Notes under the pieces: generated by a model | The model's input: only the letters and a program-made list of their open reading frames with translations | Told to the model about the DNA's origin: nothing | Database searches by the model: none | Translations under genes and position numbers: made by a program | Shown: piece by piece, positions 28,343-37,263 of the stretch | Numbering within the stretch: position 1 is the stretch's first letter | Layout of the letters: each line of letters starts with the position of its first letter | Source of the DNA: Candidatus Binatia bacterium | GTDB taxonomy: Bacteria > Desulfobacterota > Binatia > UBA9968 > JAJDTQ01 | Direction: 5' to 3' | Assembly (NCBI GenBank): GCA_963666515.2 | Contig: OY762897.2 | Location: 3,360,001-3,424,000 of the forward strand | Length of the DNA: 64,000 bases

Positions 28343-29221
28343 CTATCGCGCCGACAGGAAGCGGCGAATGGCTTCCGCGCAGGCTTCCGGCGCTTCTTCG
28401 GCTATGAAGTGACCGCAGTCCAACTCGGCCTCGGACACGTCGCCGGCCCATCGTTCCCAAATCGGGCGAAGCGGTTTGGGCTTGCGAGGCGATCCTCGCA
28501 CCACCAGGACCGGGCATTGGAGCTTCCTTCCCGCCTGCCGGTCCTGCCGGTCGAGCTCGTAGTCGATGGTTGCTCCGGCCCGGTAGTCTTCCGCCATCGC
28601 CTGCATCACGCTCGGTTTCCGAAACGCGGCCTTGTACGCTTCGACCGCGGCCGGGTCCAACACACCCGGCCGTCCGGCCCACCGGTCCAGCAGATGCAGG
28701 ATGAAGAAGTCCGGGTCCGCGCCCATCAGTCTTTCCGGCAAGGGCGCCGGTTGCGCCAGAAAAGACCAATGATATCGCCTGATGGAGACCGCCATGTCCG
28801 TGGCCTCCCAGGAGTCGAGCGTCGGCACCGTGTCCAGGCTCACGAAATGGCTGACCCGTTCAGGGTGATCGAGCGCAAGCCGATAGCCGACCCGCGCGCC
28901 GCGGTCATGCGAGACGATGCCGAACCTGTCATGCCCGACCTCCGACATGACCTGGACCATGTCCCCGGCCATCTCGCGCTTGGAGTAGCTGACGTGTTCA
29001 GGATCGGGCGCGGGTCCCCGGCTTGCTCCGTAACCCCGGAGATCGGGGATGACCAGCGTAAACGCATCCATCAGCAGCGGCGCCAGCCGGTGCCATTGAA
29101 CATGGGTTTGCGGGAATCCGTGCAACAGCAGAAGCGGTTCGCCCCGGCCGCCGACGCGGCAATGGATGGTGGCGTTCTCGCAACGGATATCGTGTATCGC
29201 GAATCCCTCGAACATGGGCAT
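28343..29221 (-). CDS. Haloacetate/fluoroacetate dehalogenase-like alpha/beta hydrolase
   Basis: LLHGFPQTH, DLRGYG, YSKREMA, SHDRGARV, YHWSFLAQP, EDYRA, CGHF. Confidence 0.85.
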   Translation of the reverse strand: MPMFEGFAIHDIRCENATIHCRVGGRGEPLLLLHGFPQTHVQWHRLAPLLMDAFTLVIPDLRGYGASRGPAPDPEHVSYSKREMAGDMVQVMSEVGHDRFGIVSHDRGARVGYRLALDHPERVSHFVSLDTVPTLDSWEATDMAVSIRRYHWSFLAQPAPLPERLMGADPDFFILHLLDRWAGRPGVLDPAAVEAYKAAFRKPSVMQAMAEDYRAGATIDYELDRQDRQAGRKLQCPVLVVRGSPRKPKPLRPIWERWAGDVSEAELDCGHFIAEEAPEACAEAIRRFLSAR

Positions 29222-29417
29222 CACCCGCAATAGTCCGTTGCCAGAACGGGACCGAAAATGCAAAACCCTCCATGTAGACACCGTCGGTCGGCGCACGGAG
29301 CCCTCCGTGGACGAATTCCCGGGAGGGTCCCCGAAGCGGTATTTTTGGGCTATATTGAAGGCTCTCCGTCCGGGCCGCGCGCTTGGCAGACGACAACACG
29401 AAGGCAGATCAACTCCC

Positions 29418-30446
29418 ATGAAGAAGCATTCCGCAGTGCTCATCCCCGGAGATGGCATCGGTCCCGAGATCACGGCGTCCGTGCGCCGCATTCTCGAAGC
29501 CGCCGCCGCGCCCGTCGAATGGGTCGAATGCAAAGCCGGCGTGGCCGCCCTGGAGAGCGGTCCCGACGTGCTGCCCGAGTCCACCACCGAAGCCATCGAG
29601 CACCACGGCGTGGCCCTCAAGGGACCATGTACCACGCCCGTGGGCGAGGGCTTCACCTCGGTCAACGTGCAGTTGCGCCAGCGCCTCAACCTCTACGCCG
29701 CGGTGCGTCCGGTGCGCTCCCTGGCCGGAGCGCCGACCCGCTTCCAGGACGTGGACCTCATCATCGTCCGGGAGAACACCGAAGGGCTCTACAGCGGCGT
29801 GGAGAACCAGGTCACCGACGACGTGGTGATGAGCATGAAGGTGGCCACCAAGAGCGCCAGCCTGCGCATCGCCCACTGGGCGTTCCGGTTCGCCACCCGG
29901 CGCCAGCGCCGCAAGATCACCGTCTTCCACAAGGCCAACATCATGAAGGTCACGGACGGACTGTTCCTGCAGTGCGCCCGCCGCATCCACCAGCACGAGT
30001 ACCCGAACATCGAGTACGAGGAGAACATCATCGACGCCGGCTGCATGAAGCTGGTGAAGGACCCCGGCCGCTTCGACGTGCTGCTGCTGGAGAACCTCTA
30101 CGGCGACGTCATCAGCGACCTGTGCGCCGGCTTGGTGGGCGGCCTCGGGGTGGTGCCCGGGGCCAACTTCGGCGAGGAGCGCGCCGTCTTCGAAGCGGTG
30201 CACGGCTCCGCACCGGACATCGCCGGCGCCGGCACGGCCAACCCCCTGGCCATGCTGATGTCCGCTGTGATGATGCTCAACCATCTGGCCGACACGCGCG
30301 AGGACGAGCGCTGCCGCCACGCCGCGGAACGCATCAAGGCGGCCTACGACCAGGCCCTCGACGACGACTGCAAGACCCGGGACCTGGGCGGCAGCCTCGG
30401 CACCGAAGCCTTCGCCGACGCCGTCATCGAGCGGCTGGCCGGCTGA
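29418..30446 (+). CDS. Isocitrate/isopropylmalate dehydrogenase family (NAD-IDH-like)
   Basis: IPGDGIGPEI, SVNVQLR, RENTEGLY, HKANIMK, NLYGDVISD, EAVHGSAPDIAG. Confidence 0.92.
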   Translation: MKKHSAVLIPGDGIGPEITASVRRILEAAAAPVEWVECKAGVAALESGPDVLPESTTEAIEHHGVALKGPCTTPVGEGFTSVNVQLRQRLNLYAAVRPVRSLAGAPTRFQDVDLIIVRENTEGLYSGVENQVTDDVVMSMKVATKSASLRIAHWAFRFATRRQRRKITVFHKANIMKVTDGLFLQCARRIHQHEYPNIEYEENIIDAGCMKLVKDPGRFDVLLLENLYGDVISDLCAGLVGGLGVVPGANFGEERAVFEAVHGSAPDIAGAGTANPLAMLMSAVMMLNHLADTREDERCRHAAERIKAAYDQALDDDCKTRDLGGSLGTEAFADAVIERLAG

Positions 30447-30499
30447 ACGGTTTCCACCCTTTCCCCTTCCGAAACCCGATCTGCCTGCGACTCCTGCCC

Positions 30500-30527
30500 T
30501 TGACATCGTCTCCCGTCCGGCGATAAT
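30500..30527 (+). promoter_or_regulatory. Candidate sigma70 promoter of the RAYT gene
   Basis: TTGACA-N16-GATAAT about 45 bp upstream of ATG 30572. Confidence 0.45.
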
Positions 30528-30571
30528 GCCTCACAGGGTCAGACCTTGAACTGTGTCATTCGGGGGGTAAC

Positions 30572-31579
30572 ATGGCACGGCCGCTACGGATCGAATTCCC
30601 GCACGCGCACTACCACGTCACCTGCCGCGGCAATGACCGGCGGCGGATCTTCGGGGATGACGACGACCGGCATGCCTTCCTGGAAAGGCTGCGCAGGTCG
30701 CTGGATATCTACGAGGTTAAGCTGCACTGCTACGTGCTGATGAACAACCACTTCCACCTCGTGGCGGATACTCCCAGGGGCAATCTCTCCGAGTTCATGC
30801 GGCACTTCAACGTAGCCTACACGTCGTATTTCAACCGGCGCCACCGCCGCACGGGCCATCTCTACCAAGGGCGCTTCAAGGCGATCCTGATCCAGCCCGA
30901 TGCCTGGCTGCTGGAGTTGAGCCGGTACGTTCACATGAATCCGGTGCGGACGCCCCGGCTCAGGCGGGGCATGGCCCCGGACCAGGTGCGGCAACTGTGG
31001 CAGTACCCCTGGAGCAGCCTGGGCGGATACGTTTCCGTGCGGCGCCGAAAGCCGTGGGTCCACTATGACGAGGTGTTGTCGCGGACAGGTGATTCCCGGC
31101 AGCAGTACGGCCGGTTCGTCCAGGACGGGTTGGAGCAGGGCGTGACGAGTCCGTGGAAGCAAGTGCGCGGGCAGGTGGTCCTGGGCGATGACCGCTTCTG
31201 GACCGGCGTCAGGGAGCAGTGGGCCGGCGCTGCCGGCAGCGCCGCGGTGCGGGAACTCCCGCTGCCCGCGGCAAGGATGGACCCCGCCCGAATCACCGCG
31301 GAGGCAGCGAGGTACTTCAACCTGGCGCCCGAACGGCTTCGGCGCAAGCGGGGCCGCTGCCGGGACCAGCGGGGTGTATTGATGGAGCTGCTGTACCGCC
31401 ACGGCGGCATGACCCAGCAGGCCATCGGCGCCCACCTCGGCGGCCTGGACTACACCGCGGTGAGTCACGAGCGGCGCCGGGCGCGGGAGCGCATGGCGCA
31501 GAACGAGGTGATGGCAGGGTGGTGGCTCGATCTGGATTCCGCGCTCGGATCCGCTGACCGGCAAAGCGTCAACCGTTAA
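30572..31579 (+). CDS. REP-associated tyrosine transposase (RAYT/Y1_Tnp) with C-terminal HTH
   Basis: MARPLRI, YHVTCRGN, LMNNHFHL (HUH), HLYQGRFKA, YVHMNPV; C-terminal IGAHLGGLDYTAVSH. Confidence 0.88.
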   Translation: MARPLRIEFPHAHYHVTCRGNDRRRIFGDDDDRHAFLERLRRSLDIYEVKLHCYVLMNNHFHLVADTPRGNLSEFMRHFNVAYTSYFNRRHRRTGHLYQGRFKAILIQPDAWLLELSRYVHMNPVRTPRLRRGMAPDQVRQLWQYPWSSLGGYVSVRRRKPWVHYDEVLSRTGDSRQQYGRFVQDGLEQGVTSPWKQVRGQVVLGDDRFWTGVREQWAGAAGSAAVRELPLPAARMDPARITAEAARYFNLAPERLRRKRGRCRDQRGVLMELLYRHGGMTQQAIGAHLGGLDYTAVSHERRRARERMAQNEVMAGWWLDLDSALGSADRQSVNR

Positions 31580-31582
31580 GGG

Positions 31583-31607
31583 CCTTCCGCCGCCGCAAGG
31601 CGGAGGA
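31583..31607. terminator. Hairpin between convergent RAYT and LLM genes
   Basis: CTTCCGCC/GGCGGAGG stem with a GCAA-containing loop. Confidence 0.4.
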
Positions 31608-31619
31608 CCCAGCCGGTAC

Positions 31620-32594
31620 TCACCGCAGGGCCGGCATGACTTCCCGGGCGAAGAGGTCCAGGGACCCCATGGACGCCTCGCGGGAGATGCCGGGGACGGA
31701 GAAGCGGCAGATGAGGTGATCCAGCCCGAGCTCTTGCCGGAAGCGCGAGATCTCCCGGATGCAGGTCTCGGGGTCGCCCAGGATGATGCGGTTGCGGGCG
31801 AGCCGCTCAATGGTCAGCTCCCCGTCGGGCCGCTTGATGACCGGGTGCGGCCAGCGGAAGTACATGTTCTCGTAAGCCTGGATGAAGGAATCCCCCGCCG
31901 ATTCCAGCGCCTGCTCGGTCGTGCCGGCGACGAACACGTAACGGAACGCGGCGATGGCGCCCGGCTCCTTGCCCAGCGCCGCGCGCGCCTGCCGGTATGA
32001 CCCAACGCATGACGACAGCTCCGACAGCGCCGCCGATGGCCCCCCCAGCCAGGCGTCGCCCAGGCGCGCGGCCCGCTCGATGGCGGGCGCGGTCCAGGCG
32101 CCGAACCAGATCGGCGGCGCCGGTTGCTGCACCGGCCGCGGTCCGACCGTGGCGTCTTCCACTTGGTAGTAGCGGCCGTGGTGGGTGACGTGGGTCTCGG
32201 TCCACAGCCGGCGCAACAGGGCAGCCCCTTCATCGAGCCGGCTGCCGCGCTGTTTCACCGACAGGCCGAAGGCGGCGAACTCCTCGGGCGCGTATCCGGC
32301 CCCCACCCCCAGGATGAGACGGCCGCCCGAGATCATGTCCACCATGGCGCCCTCCTCGGCGACGCACATGGGATGGTAGAGCGGCAGCAGTAGGACTCCG
32401 GTGCCCAGCGACACCCGGCTGGTGCGGGCGGCGATGGCGGCCAGTCCCAGCAGCGGCGCCGGGTAGAGGACGGGATTGTTGTGGTGCTCGCCGAGCCAGA
32501 CCGAATCGAACCCCGCGGCTTCCGCGCGCTCGCATTCCCGGATGGTCTCCTCGAAGCTGTCGGTGCCCTGCAGCGGGCTCAATCCCAGTTTCAT
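31620..32594 (-). CDS. LLM-class flavin-dependent oxidoreductase
   Basis: GFDSVWLGEHH, LLLPLYHP, AEEGAMVD, SGGRLILGVGAGY, PRPVQ. Confidence 0.92.
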   Translation of the reverse strand: MKLGLSPLQGTDSFEETIRECERAEAAGFDSVWLGEHHNNPVLYPAPLLGLAAIAARTSRVSLGTGVLLLPLYHPMCVAEEGAMVDMISGGRLILGVGAGYAPEEFAAFGLSVKQRGSRLDEGAALLRRLWTETHVTHHGRYYQVEDATVGPRPVQQPAPPIWFGAWTAPAIERAARLGDAWLGGPSAALSELSSCVGSYRQARAALGKEPGAIAAFRYVFVAGTTEQALESAGDSFIQAYENMYFRWPHPVIKRPDGELTIERLARNRIILGDPETCIREISRFRQELGLDHLICRFSVPGISREASMGSLDLFAREVMPALR

Positions 32595-32651
32595 CGGCTC
32601 TCCCGTTTTCTTGCGTCCAAGCCCGTGGGCCGGGCTTCTGTCTGCGGCGGT

Positions 32652-33362
32652 TTACCCGGATCGCGGGACGTTTGGGCCGGGCCGCCCGGCGAGCGCGGCA
32701 AACGCCCCTTCCGCCTCCGCAACGAACATTCGGACCCGATGGGGGTCCTTGCGGCCGTCCGGGCCCTCCACACCGGTGTGGGCGTCGACCCCGGCGGGCC
32801 GTACGGTCCGTATGGCCTTGGCGACGTTCTCCGGCGTCAGCCCTCCGGCCAGTATGACAGGTCGCGGGCTCAGTTCCACCAGCCGTCGGCTCACGGCCCA
32901 GTCGTGGGTCTTGCCGGTGGCGCCGGAGGCTCCGGTGGCGGGATCGAAGGTGTCGGTGATGAAGCCGTCCACGTGCGGCGAGAAGGCCGTAACGCCGGCC
33001 TCCAGCTCCGCCAAGTTGTCGTCCCGCACGATCAGGCTCCTGACCACTTGCAGGCGGGGACGCAGCGCCCGGAGGCCCGCCACCCGGCCCTTGTCGACAG
33101 GGCCGTGCAGTTGCACGCCGGCGCAGCCGAGCCTGTCGCACAAGGCGGCGATGGAGCGCGGATCGTCGAGGTAGGTGATCAGCGAGGCGCACGGACCCAA
33201 GCCCAGTGTCCGGATGATGGCCGCGGCTTCGTCTTCCGGGAGATCCTCCCGGTGGACCACCAACCCCAGAGGGAACCCCAGCCGTTGAACGCCGCTGTCT
33301 GCCAGCATCTGCGCTTCCGCCCGGTCAAGGATGCCGGCTATCTGAATGATGGGATTCGCCAC
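32652..33362 (-). CDS. trpF: Phosphoribosylanthranilate isomerase-like protein
   Basis: IQIAGI, VQLHG, DT...GATGKTHDW, ILAGGLTPENV, GVDAHTGVE...KD; GTG start. Confidence 0.82.
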   Translation of the reverse strand: MANPIIQIAGILDRAEAQMLADSGVQRLGFPLGLVVHREDLPEDEAAAIIRTLGLGPCASLITYLDDPRSIAALCDRLGCAGVQLHGPVDKGRVAGLRALRPRLQVVRSLIVRDDNLAELEAGVTAFSPHVDGFITDTFDPATGASGATGKTHDWAVSRRLVELSPRPVILAGGLTPENVAKAIRTVRPAGVDAHTGVEGPDGRKDPHRVRMFVAEAEGAFAALAGRPGPNVPRSG

Positions 33363-33385
33363 CAGGAGCCCGTCCGAGCAGTCTC

Positions 33386-33892
33386 CTACCCCCCGGTCGT
33401 TTCCACGTAGCGTCGCAGCACGTAGAGGCCGTCCGGGGTGAAGGGTTCCGTGGCCGCGGCCCGGAACACCGCGTCCACCTCCATGAAGGCGCCGCTCTCC
33501 ACTTCTTCCTCCTGGAGGGTCACTTCGCCGTCGTAGACGCACCGGAAGGCCGCGCCCCACACCCGGCTGTTGTCATCCGCGTGGTAGAACTCGAACAGGC
33601 TCTGGAGCGGGACGTCGCGGATGCCCATTTCTTCCTCGAGCTCCCGCCGGGCGCCATCGAGGTAGCTCTCCCCCGCCAGCACGACGCCGCCGGCCGCGGG
33701 ATCGTAGTACCCCGGGAACACGTCCTTGGTGCGCGTGCGCTTCTGTATGTAGATTTCGCTCCCGGAGTTGAACACCAGGATGTAGGTGCTGCGGTGCGGC
33801 AGCCTTCGCGCCCGCATCTCGCGCCGCGGCGCGGAACCGACGACGTTGTTGTCCTCGTCGACGATGGCCACGATCTCGTCGCCCGGGTCCAT
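33386..33892 (-). CDS. NUDIX hydrolase (YfcD/IDI-like)
   Basis: IVDEDN, QKRT..KD..PG..D..AGG, Nudix box GESYLDGARRELEEEMG. Confidence 0.9.
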   Translation of the reverse strand: MDPGDEIVAIVDEDNNVVGSAPRREMRARRLPHRSTYILVFNSGSEIYIQKRTRTKDVFPGYYDPAAGGVVLAGESYLDGARRELEEEMGIRDVPLQSLFEFYHADDNSRVWGAAFRCVYDGEVTLQEEEVESGAFMEVDAVFRAAATEPFTPDGLYVLRRYVETTGG

Positions 33893-33994
33893 GAGATATG
33901 CGGGTTAACGGCGGCTGGTCAGCTTGTCAACCGTCCACGAGCCCGACCATGTCCTGTCCCAAGTAATTCTTACCGATCTGCTGGTCTTTCTCGT

Positions 33995-34033
33995 CCGTTC
34001 GTCCTGAGCGTAGCGTAGCGAAGTCGAAGGACG
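33995..34033. repeat. Dispersed palindromic repeat (CGTCCTGAGCGTAGCG...AGTCGAAGGACG type)
   Basis: CGTCCT...AGGACG ends; resembles the widespread GTCCTGAGC..GTCGAAGGA intergenic repeats; single copy here. Confidence 0.5.
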
Positions 34034-34091
34034 CCTTGCCGACAACAAGAAATCCTGCGCAGCTTGGTAAAGAACTACGTCGGACAGGACA

Positions 34092-34952
34092 TTAGAACGC
34101 CGTCAACACCACGCCTCCGGCGCATATCAGCAGTGCCCCGGCGACCGCCTTCGAGGTAACCTGTTCCTGGTCCTTGAGCAGCAGGTGGGTGAAGGTCACC
34201 GAGAACAGCGGCGTGGTGGCGATCAGCGGGTCCACCAGCACCACGTCGCCCATGCTCAGCGACAGCATGTAGGAGGTGATGCCGCAGCTCGTCACCGCTC
34301 CGGAGAGGCCGAACCACAACACCGTGCCGCGGTTGACGCTCACGTCTCGGTAACCGCGCCACGCCACTAGGTAGAGGAGCAGGCCGCTGACGCTGCCTAT
34401 CAGGGTCAGGGAAATGGCCAGCGGCACGGAGGTCACCATCCCGTAGCCGTACTTGCGGATGGGGCTGGCGACGCCTCCCAGGATCGACGCGCCGAGCGGA
34501 AACAGCAGGTCGCGCTTGCGGAAGTCCGTGAGCGCCCGCTCGTCGCGCATTCCCAACACCGTGGCCCCGAGGATGATCATGAGGGTGCCGCTCACGAGCG
34601 CCAAGGTCCATTGTTCCCCCAGCCACGCCACTGCCAGCAGGCCGGCGAACAGAGGCGAGGTGTTCCGCAACGGCGAGGCCCGGGCCACGCCGACACGGGA
34701 GATGGCGGCGTAGAACAGGAACTGGGTGGCCAGGGGCGCCACCGCTCCGGCGAGAATGAACCACCCCGCCGCGGCAGGTGACAACTGCGCCCAGTCCGCC
34801 CGGGGCCCCATCACCGACAGCAGCACCGCGCCCATCGTGAGGAGGTTGAAGGTGATGGCGGTGGTGGGTCCGCCGGTACGAAGACCCCAGCGCACCAGGA
34901 TGTGAGCCGAACCAAAGAAGAACGCGGCGCCCAACGCGAAGAGTATTGCCAT
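34092..34952 (-). CDS. DMT/EamA family transporter
   Basis: About 10 TM helices in two repeats; SPLFA...WLGE and TPLFS...LLKDQE. Confidence 0.88.
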   Translation of the reverse strand: MAILFALGAAFFFGSAHILVRWGLRTGGPTTAITFNLLTMGAVLLSVMGPRADWAQLSPAAAGWFILAGAVAPLATQFLFYAAISRVGVARASPLRNTSPLFAGLLAVAWLGEQWTLALVSGTLMIILGATVLGMRDERALTDFRKRDLLFPLGASILGGVASPIRKYGYGMVTSVPLAISLTLIGSVSGLLLYLVAWRGYRDVSVNRGTVLWFGLSGAVTSCGITSYMLSLSMGDVVLVDPLIATTPLFSVTFTHLLLKDQEQVTSKAVAGALLICAGGVVLTAF

Positions 34953-34963
34953 GTGCAAGCGCT

Positions 34964-36136
34964 CTAGTTCGCGGTGAAAAGGGTTGCCTGGCCGGCCGGG
35001 ACCTGAAGCGGCCCGTCCGAAGCAAACGGATCGGCAGCCTGTTTGGGGAGGCGCAGCTTCCGGCGAATTTCCGCCACGGTTGGAGACGCCTCGTAGTGGC
35101 GGCCCCGTCTTTCGCCTTTTGCCACGATAAGGTCCGTGTCCACCAGGACCTTCAGGTCACGGCTGGCGAGGTTGTTCGACACGTCTGCGCTCACTCGATA
35201 TGACGAGTTCCTCACCTTGCTGCCGAATGCAGCCTGGAGCAGCGCCATGGCCGTGCGCTCGGGAAGGCCCCTGGACTCCACCAGGTTGAGAAGCTCTGCA
35301 TAGACTCTCTCCAGCTCCCGCGTCCGGCGAAGAAGTGTCTGTGCCTGCAGGTAGTGGCCGCTCAGGCAGAAGCGCACCCATGGTTTGGCATCGCGCCGCG
35401 GGTTCCATCCGCCGCCGCCCACCGCCGCCAGCACATGGTAGTACTCCTGTTGATTGTGACCGATATACTCCTCGATTGAGGAAAACGCTGGCGCGACAAT
35501 CCCGTCGCCCGCCAGCACCGCGGTCTGGATGCACCTGGCCGTGCGGCCATTGCCATCCGTAAACGGATGCAGCAGCGCCAGGTTCAGATGCGCCATCGCC
35601 GCGCGGAGGAATACGGAATCGACGTCCTCATCGTTTACATAGTCCAGAAGCTCGCGGATCAGCGGCTCCAGTTGGTCACGGTCCACCCCCTCGTGCACGA
35701 CGTCACCGGTCTTGGTGTTTCTGACACCAACCCACCCGGGACGGTACTGACCCGGATGTGCCTGCAGATCCGACTGGCAGATCATGAAGTGGACCGCCAG
35801 GAGCACGTCTTCCGTGATCCTGAAGGACGCGCTCTTCCGGCGCTGGAGGGTGTAGTCCATGGCTTCACGGTAACCGACAACGGCCCGCCACGTCTCGCGG
35901 TCGGTGCTCGCGGGGTCTTCGCCGTCAATCGCGGCGATGGCATCCTCATCAGACACATGGATGCCCTCCACACTGTTGGAGGCCATGAGCGCCCGGGCCC
36001 GGGTCATGCGGGCCAACAGGCCGGTCCAACGACGCGGTTCGGTGACGACGTAGTTGCGTAGATCAGCCCGTATGCGGGCCGTGGCAGCCTCTACTCGCTT
36101 CTCGTCGTCATCCAGTGCAGAATACGTGTACAGCAT
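34964..36136 (-). CDS. Fic family protein with C-terminal winged-HTH
   Basis: SNSVEG, PGQYR, canonical HPFTDGNGRTAR; C-terminal ASRDLKVLVD...GERRGRHY. Confidence 0.9.
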   Translation of the reverse strand: MLYTYSALDDDEKRVEAATARIRADLRNYVVTEPRRWTGLLARMTRARALMASNSVEGIHVSDEDAIAAIDGEDPASTDRETWRAVVGYREAMDYTLQRRKSASFRITEDVLLAVHFMICQSDLQAHPGQYRPGWVGVRNTKTGDVVHEGVDRDQLEPLIRELLDYVNDEDVDSVFLRAAMAHLNLALLHPFTDGNGRTARCIQTAVLAGDGIVAPAFSSIEEYIGHNQQEYYHVLAAVGGGGWNPRRDAKPWVRFCLSGHYLQAQTLLRRTRELERVYAELLNLVESRGLPERTAMALLQAAFGSKVRNSSYRVSADVSNNLASRDLKVLVDTDLIVAKGERRGRHYEASPTVAEIRRKLRLPKQAADPFASDGPLQVPAGQATLFTAN

Positions 36137-36139
36137 GAT

Positions 36140-36208
36140 CATATGTAATTGACAACTGATTTCAAGACAGTTAATAACCGTCGTAAGGTCAGTTGTCAAT
36201 TGTATATG
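36140..36208. promoter_or_regulatory. Long inverted repeat in the fic / TAXI-like divergent region
   Basis: AATTGACAACTGA (36147-36159) and TCAGTTGTCAATT (36189-36201) form a perfect 13-bp IR; each arm contains TTGACA. Confidence 0.6.
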
Positions 36209-36238
36209 GGGCCGTCCACCCGCAAGGAGAACCATCAC

Positions 36239-37231
36239 ATGGCCTACGACGACCGCAGCGTGAAACCCATGAGCTCGAGCCTGTTGCGGGCGCAGATCGG
36301 CACCAAGCTCCTGGCCGGCCTGTACGACTCGGTGCCCACCATGATGACCAGCGCCATCCGGCTTTACGTGGACCTGCCCGGCGCCGGCGGCTCCGCCGGC
36401 CCTCCCTTCGCCTTCAACATCGCCATCAGCCCGGCCTGGTGCAGCGGCATCCAGGGCGCCCGCCTGGTGGGACGGCGCAAGATCGACATCGCCTGGCTCA
36501 ACCCCTCGTGCATCCCGGCCATGGCCTATCACGGACGCGGCCCCTTCCGGAAAGCGCTGCCGTTGCGAGCGCTGGCGGTGTTTCCCTCCAATGACCGGAT
36601 GGTGGTGGCGCTGGGGCGCAGGCACGGCATCCGCTCCATGGACGAGCTCAAGCGCCGGAAGCCCGCCCTCACGGTCTCGGTGGCCACCAACGACTGCGTC
36701 AACTTCGCCATCAACGCGGCCCTGCGCGCCCACGGCATGAGCCTCAAGACCTTCGAGGAGTGGGGCGGGGTGGTGGAGCCGGTAGTGCGGCCCAGCAACC
36801 CGCGGCGCCTGGAAGGCATCCGCACCGGCGACGTCGACGCGGTCATCGACGAGGGCCTGCCCTCCTGGGCCGGCGCCGCGGTGGAGGAGGAGATGGCCTT
36901 CCTGCACTTCTCGCCCAAGGCCATGGCGTCGCTCGACCGCTACGGCTTCAGCCGCGCGCCGCTGGACGGCCCGCTGTTCGACGGAAAGCTTCCCGAGCCG
37001 GTCACCGCCGTGGACTTCAGCGGCTGGCCCATCGTCACCCACGCGGACCTGCCGGACGAGCTTGCCTACCAGGTGGTCGGCGTCATCGAGCAGATGCGGG
37101 AGAACATCGAATACGACACTCCGGGAATCCCGCCCATGACCCAGTTCTGCACGGACACCCCGGACGGCCCGCTGGACCTGCCGCTGCACCCCGGGGCCGA
37201 GCGGTATTACCGGGAGAAGGGGTATCTCTGA
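36239..37231 (+). CDS. TAXI-like solute-binding-fold protein lacking an obvious signal peptide
   Basis: LRALAVFP, GIRSMDEL, AVDFSGW...LPDELAY, C-terminal PLHPGAERYYREKGYL; AAGGAG RBS. Confidence 0.78.
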   Translation: MAYDDRSVKPMSSSLLRAQIGTKLLAGLYDSVPTMMTSAIRLYVDLPGAGGSAGPPFAFNIAISPAWCSGIQGARLVGRRKIDIAWLNPSCIPAMAYHGRGPFRKALPLRALAVFPSNDRMVVALGRRHGIRSMDELKRRKPALTVSVATNDCVNFAINAALRAHGMSLKTFEEWGGVVEPVVRPSNPRRLEGIRTGDVDAVIDEGLPSWAGAAVEEEMAFLHFSPKAMASLDRYGFSRAPLDGPLFDGKLPEPVTAVDFSGWPIVTHADLPDELAYQVVGVIEQMRENIEYDTPGIPPMTQFCTDTPDGPLDLPLHPGAERYYREKGYL

Positions 37232-37263
37232 GGCATCCCGATAGTTTGATCTGTTATGGGAGG

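Noticed and set aside
34964-37189. 741-aa Fic with a long N-terminal extension
   Set aside because: The extension is the antisense of the TAXI-like gene and crosses the promoter IR; the real start is near 36136-36142.
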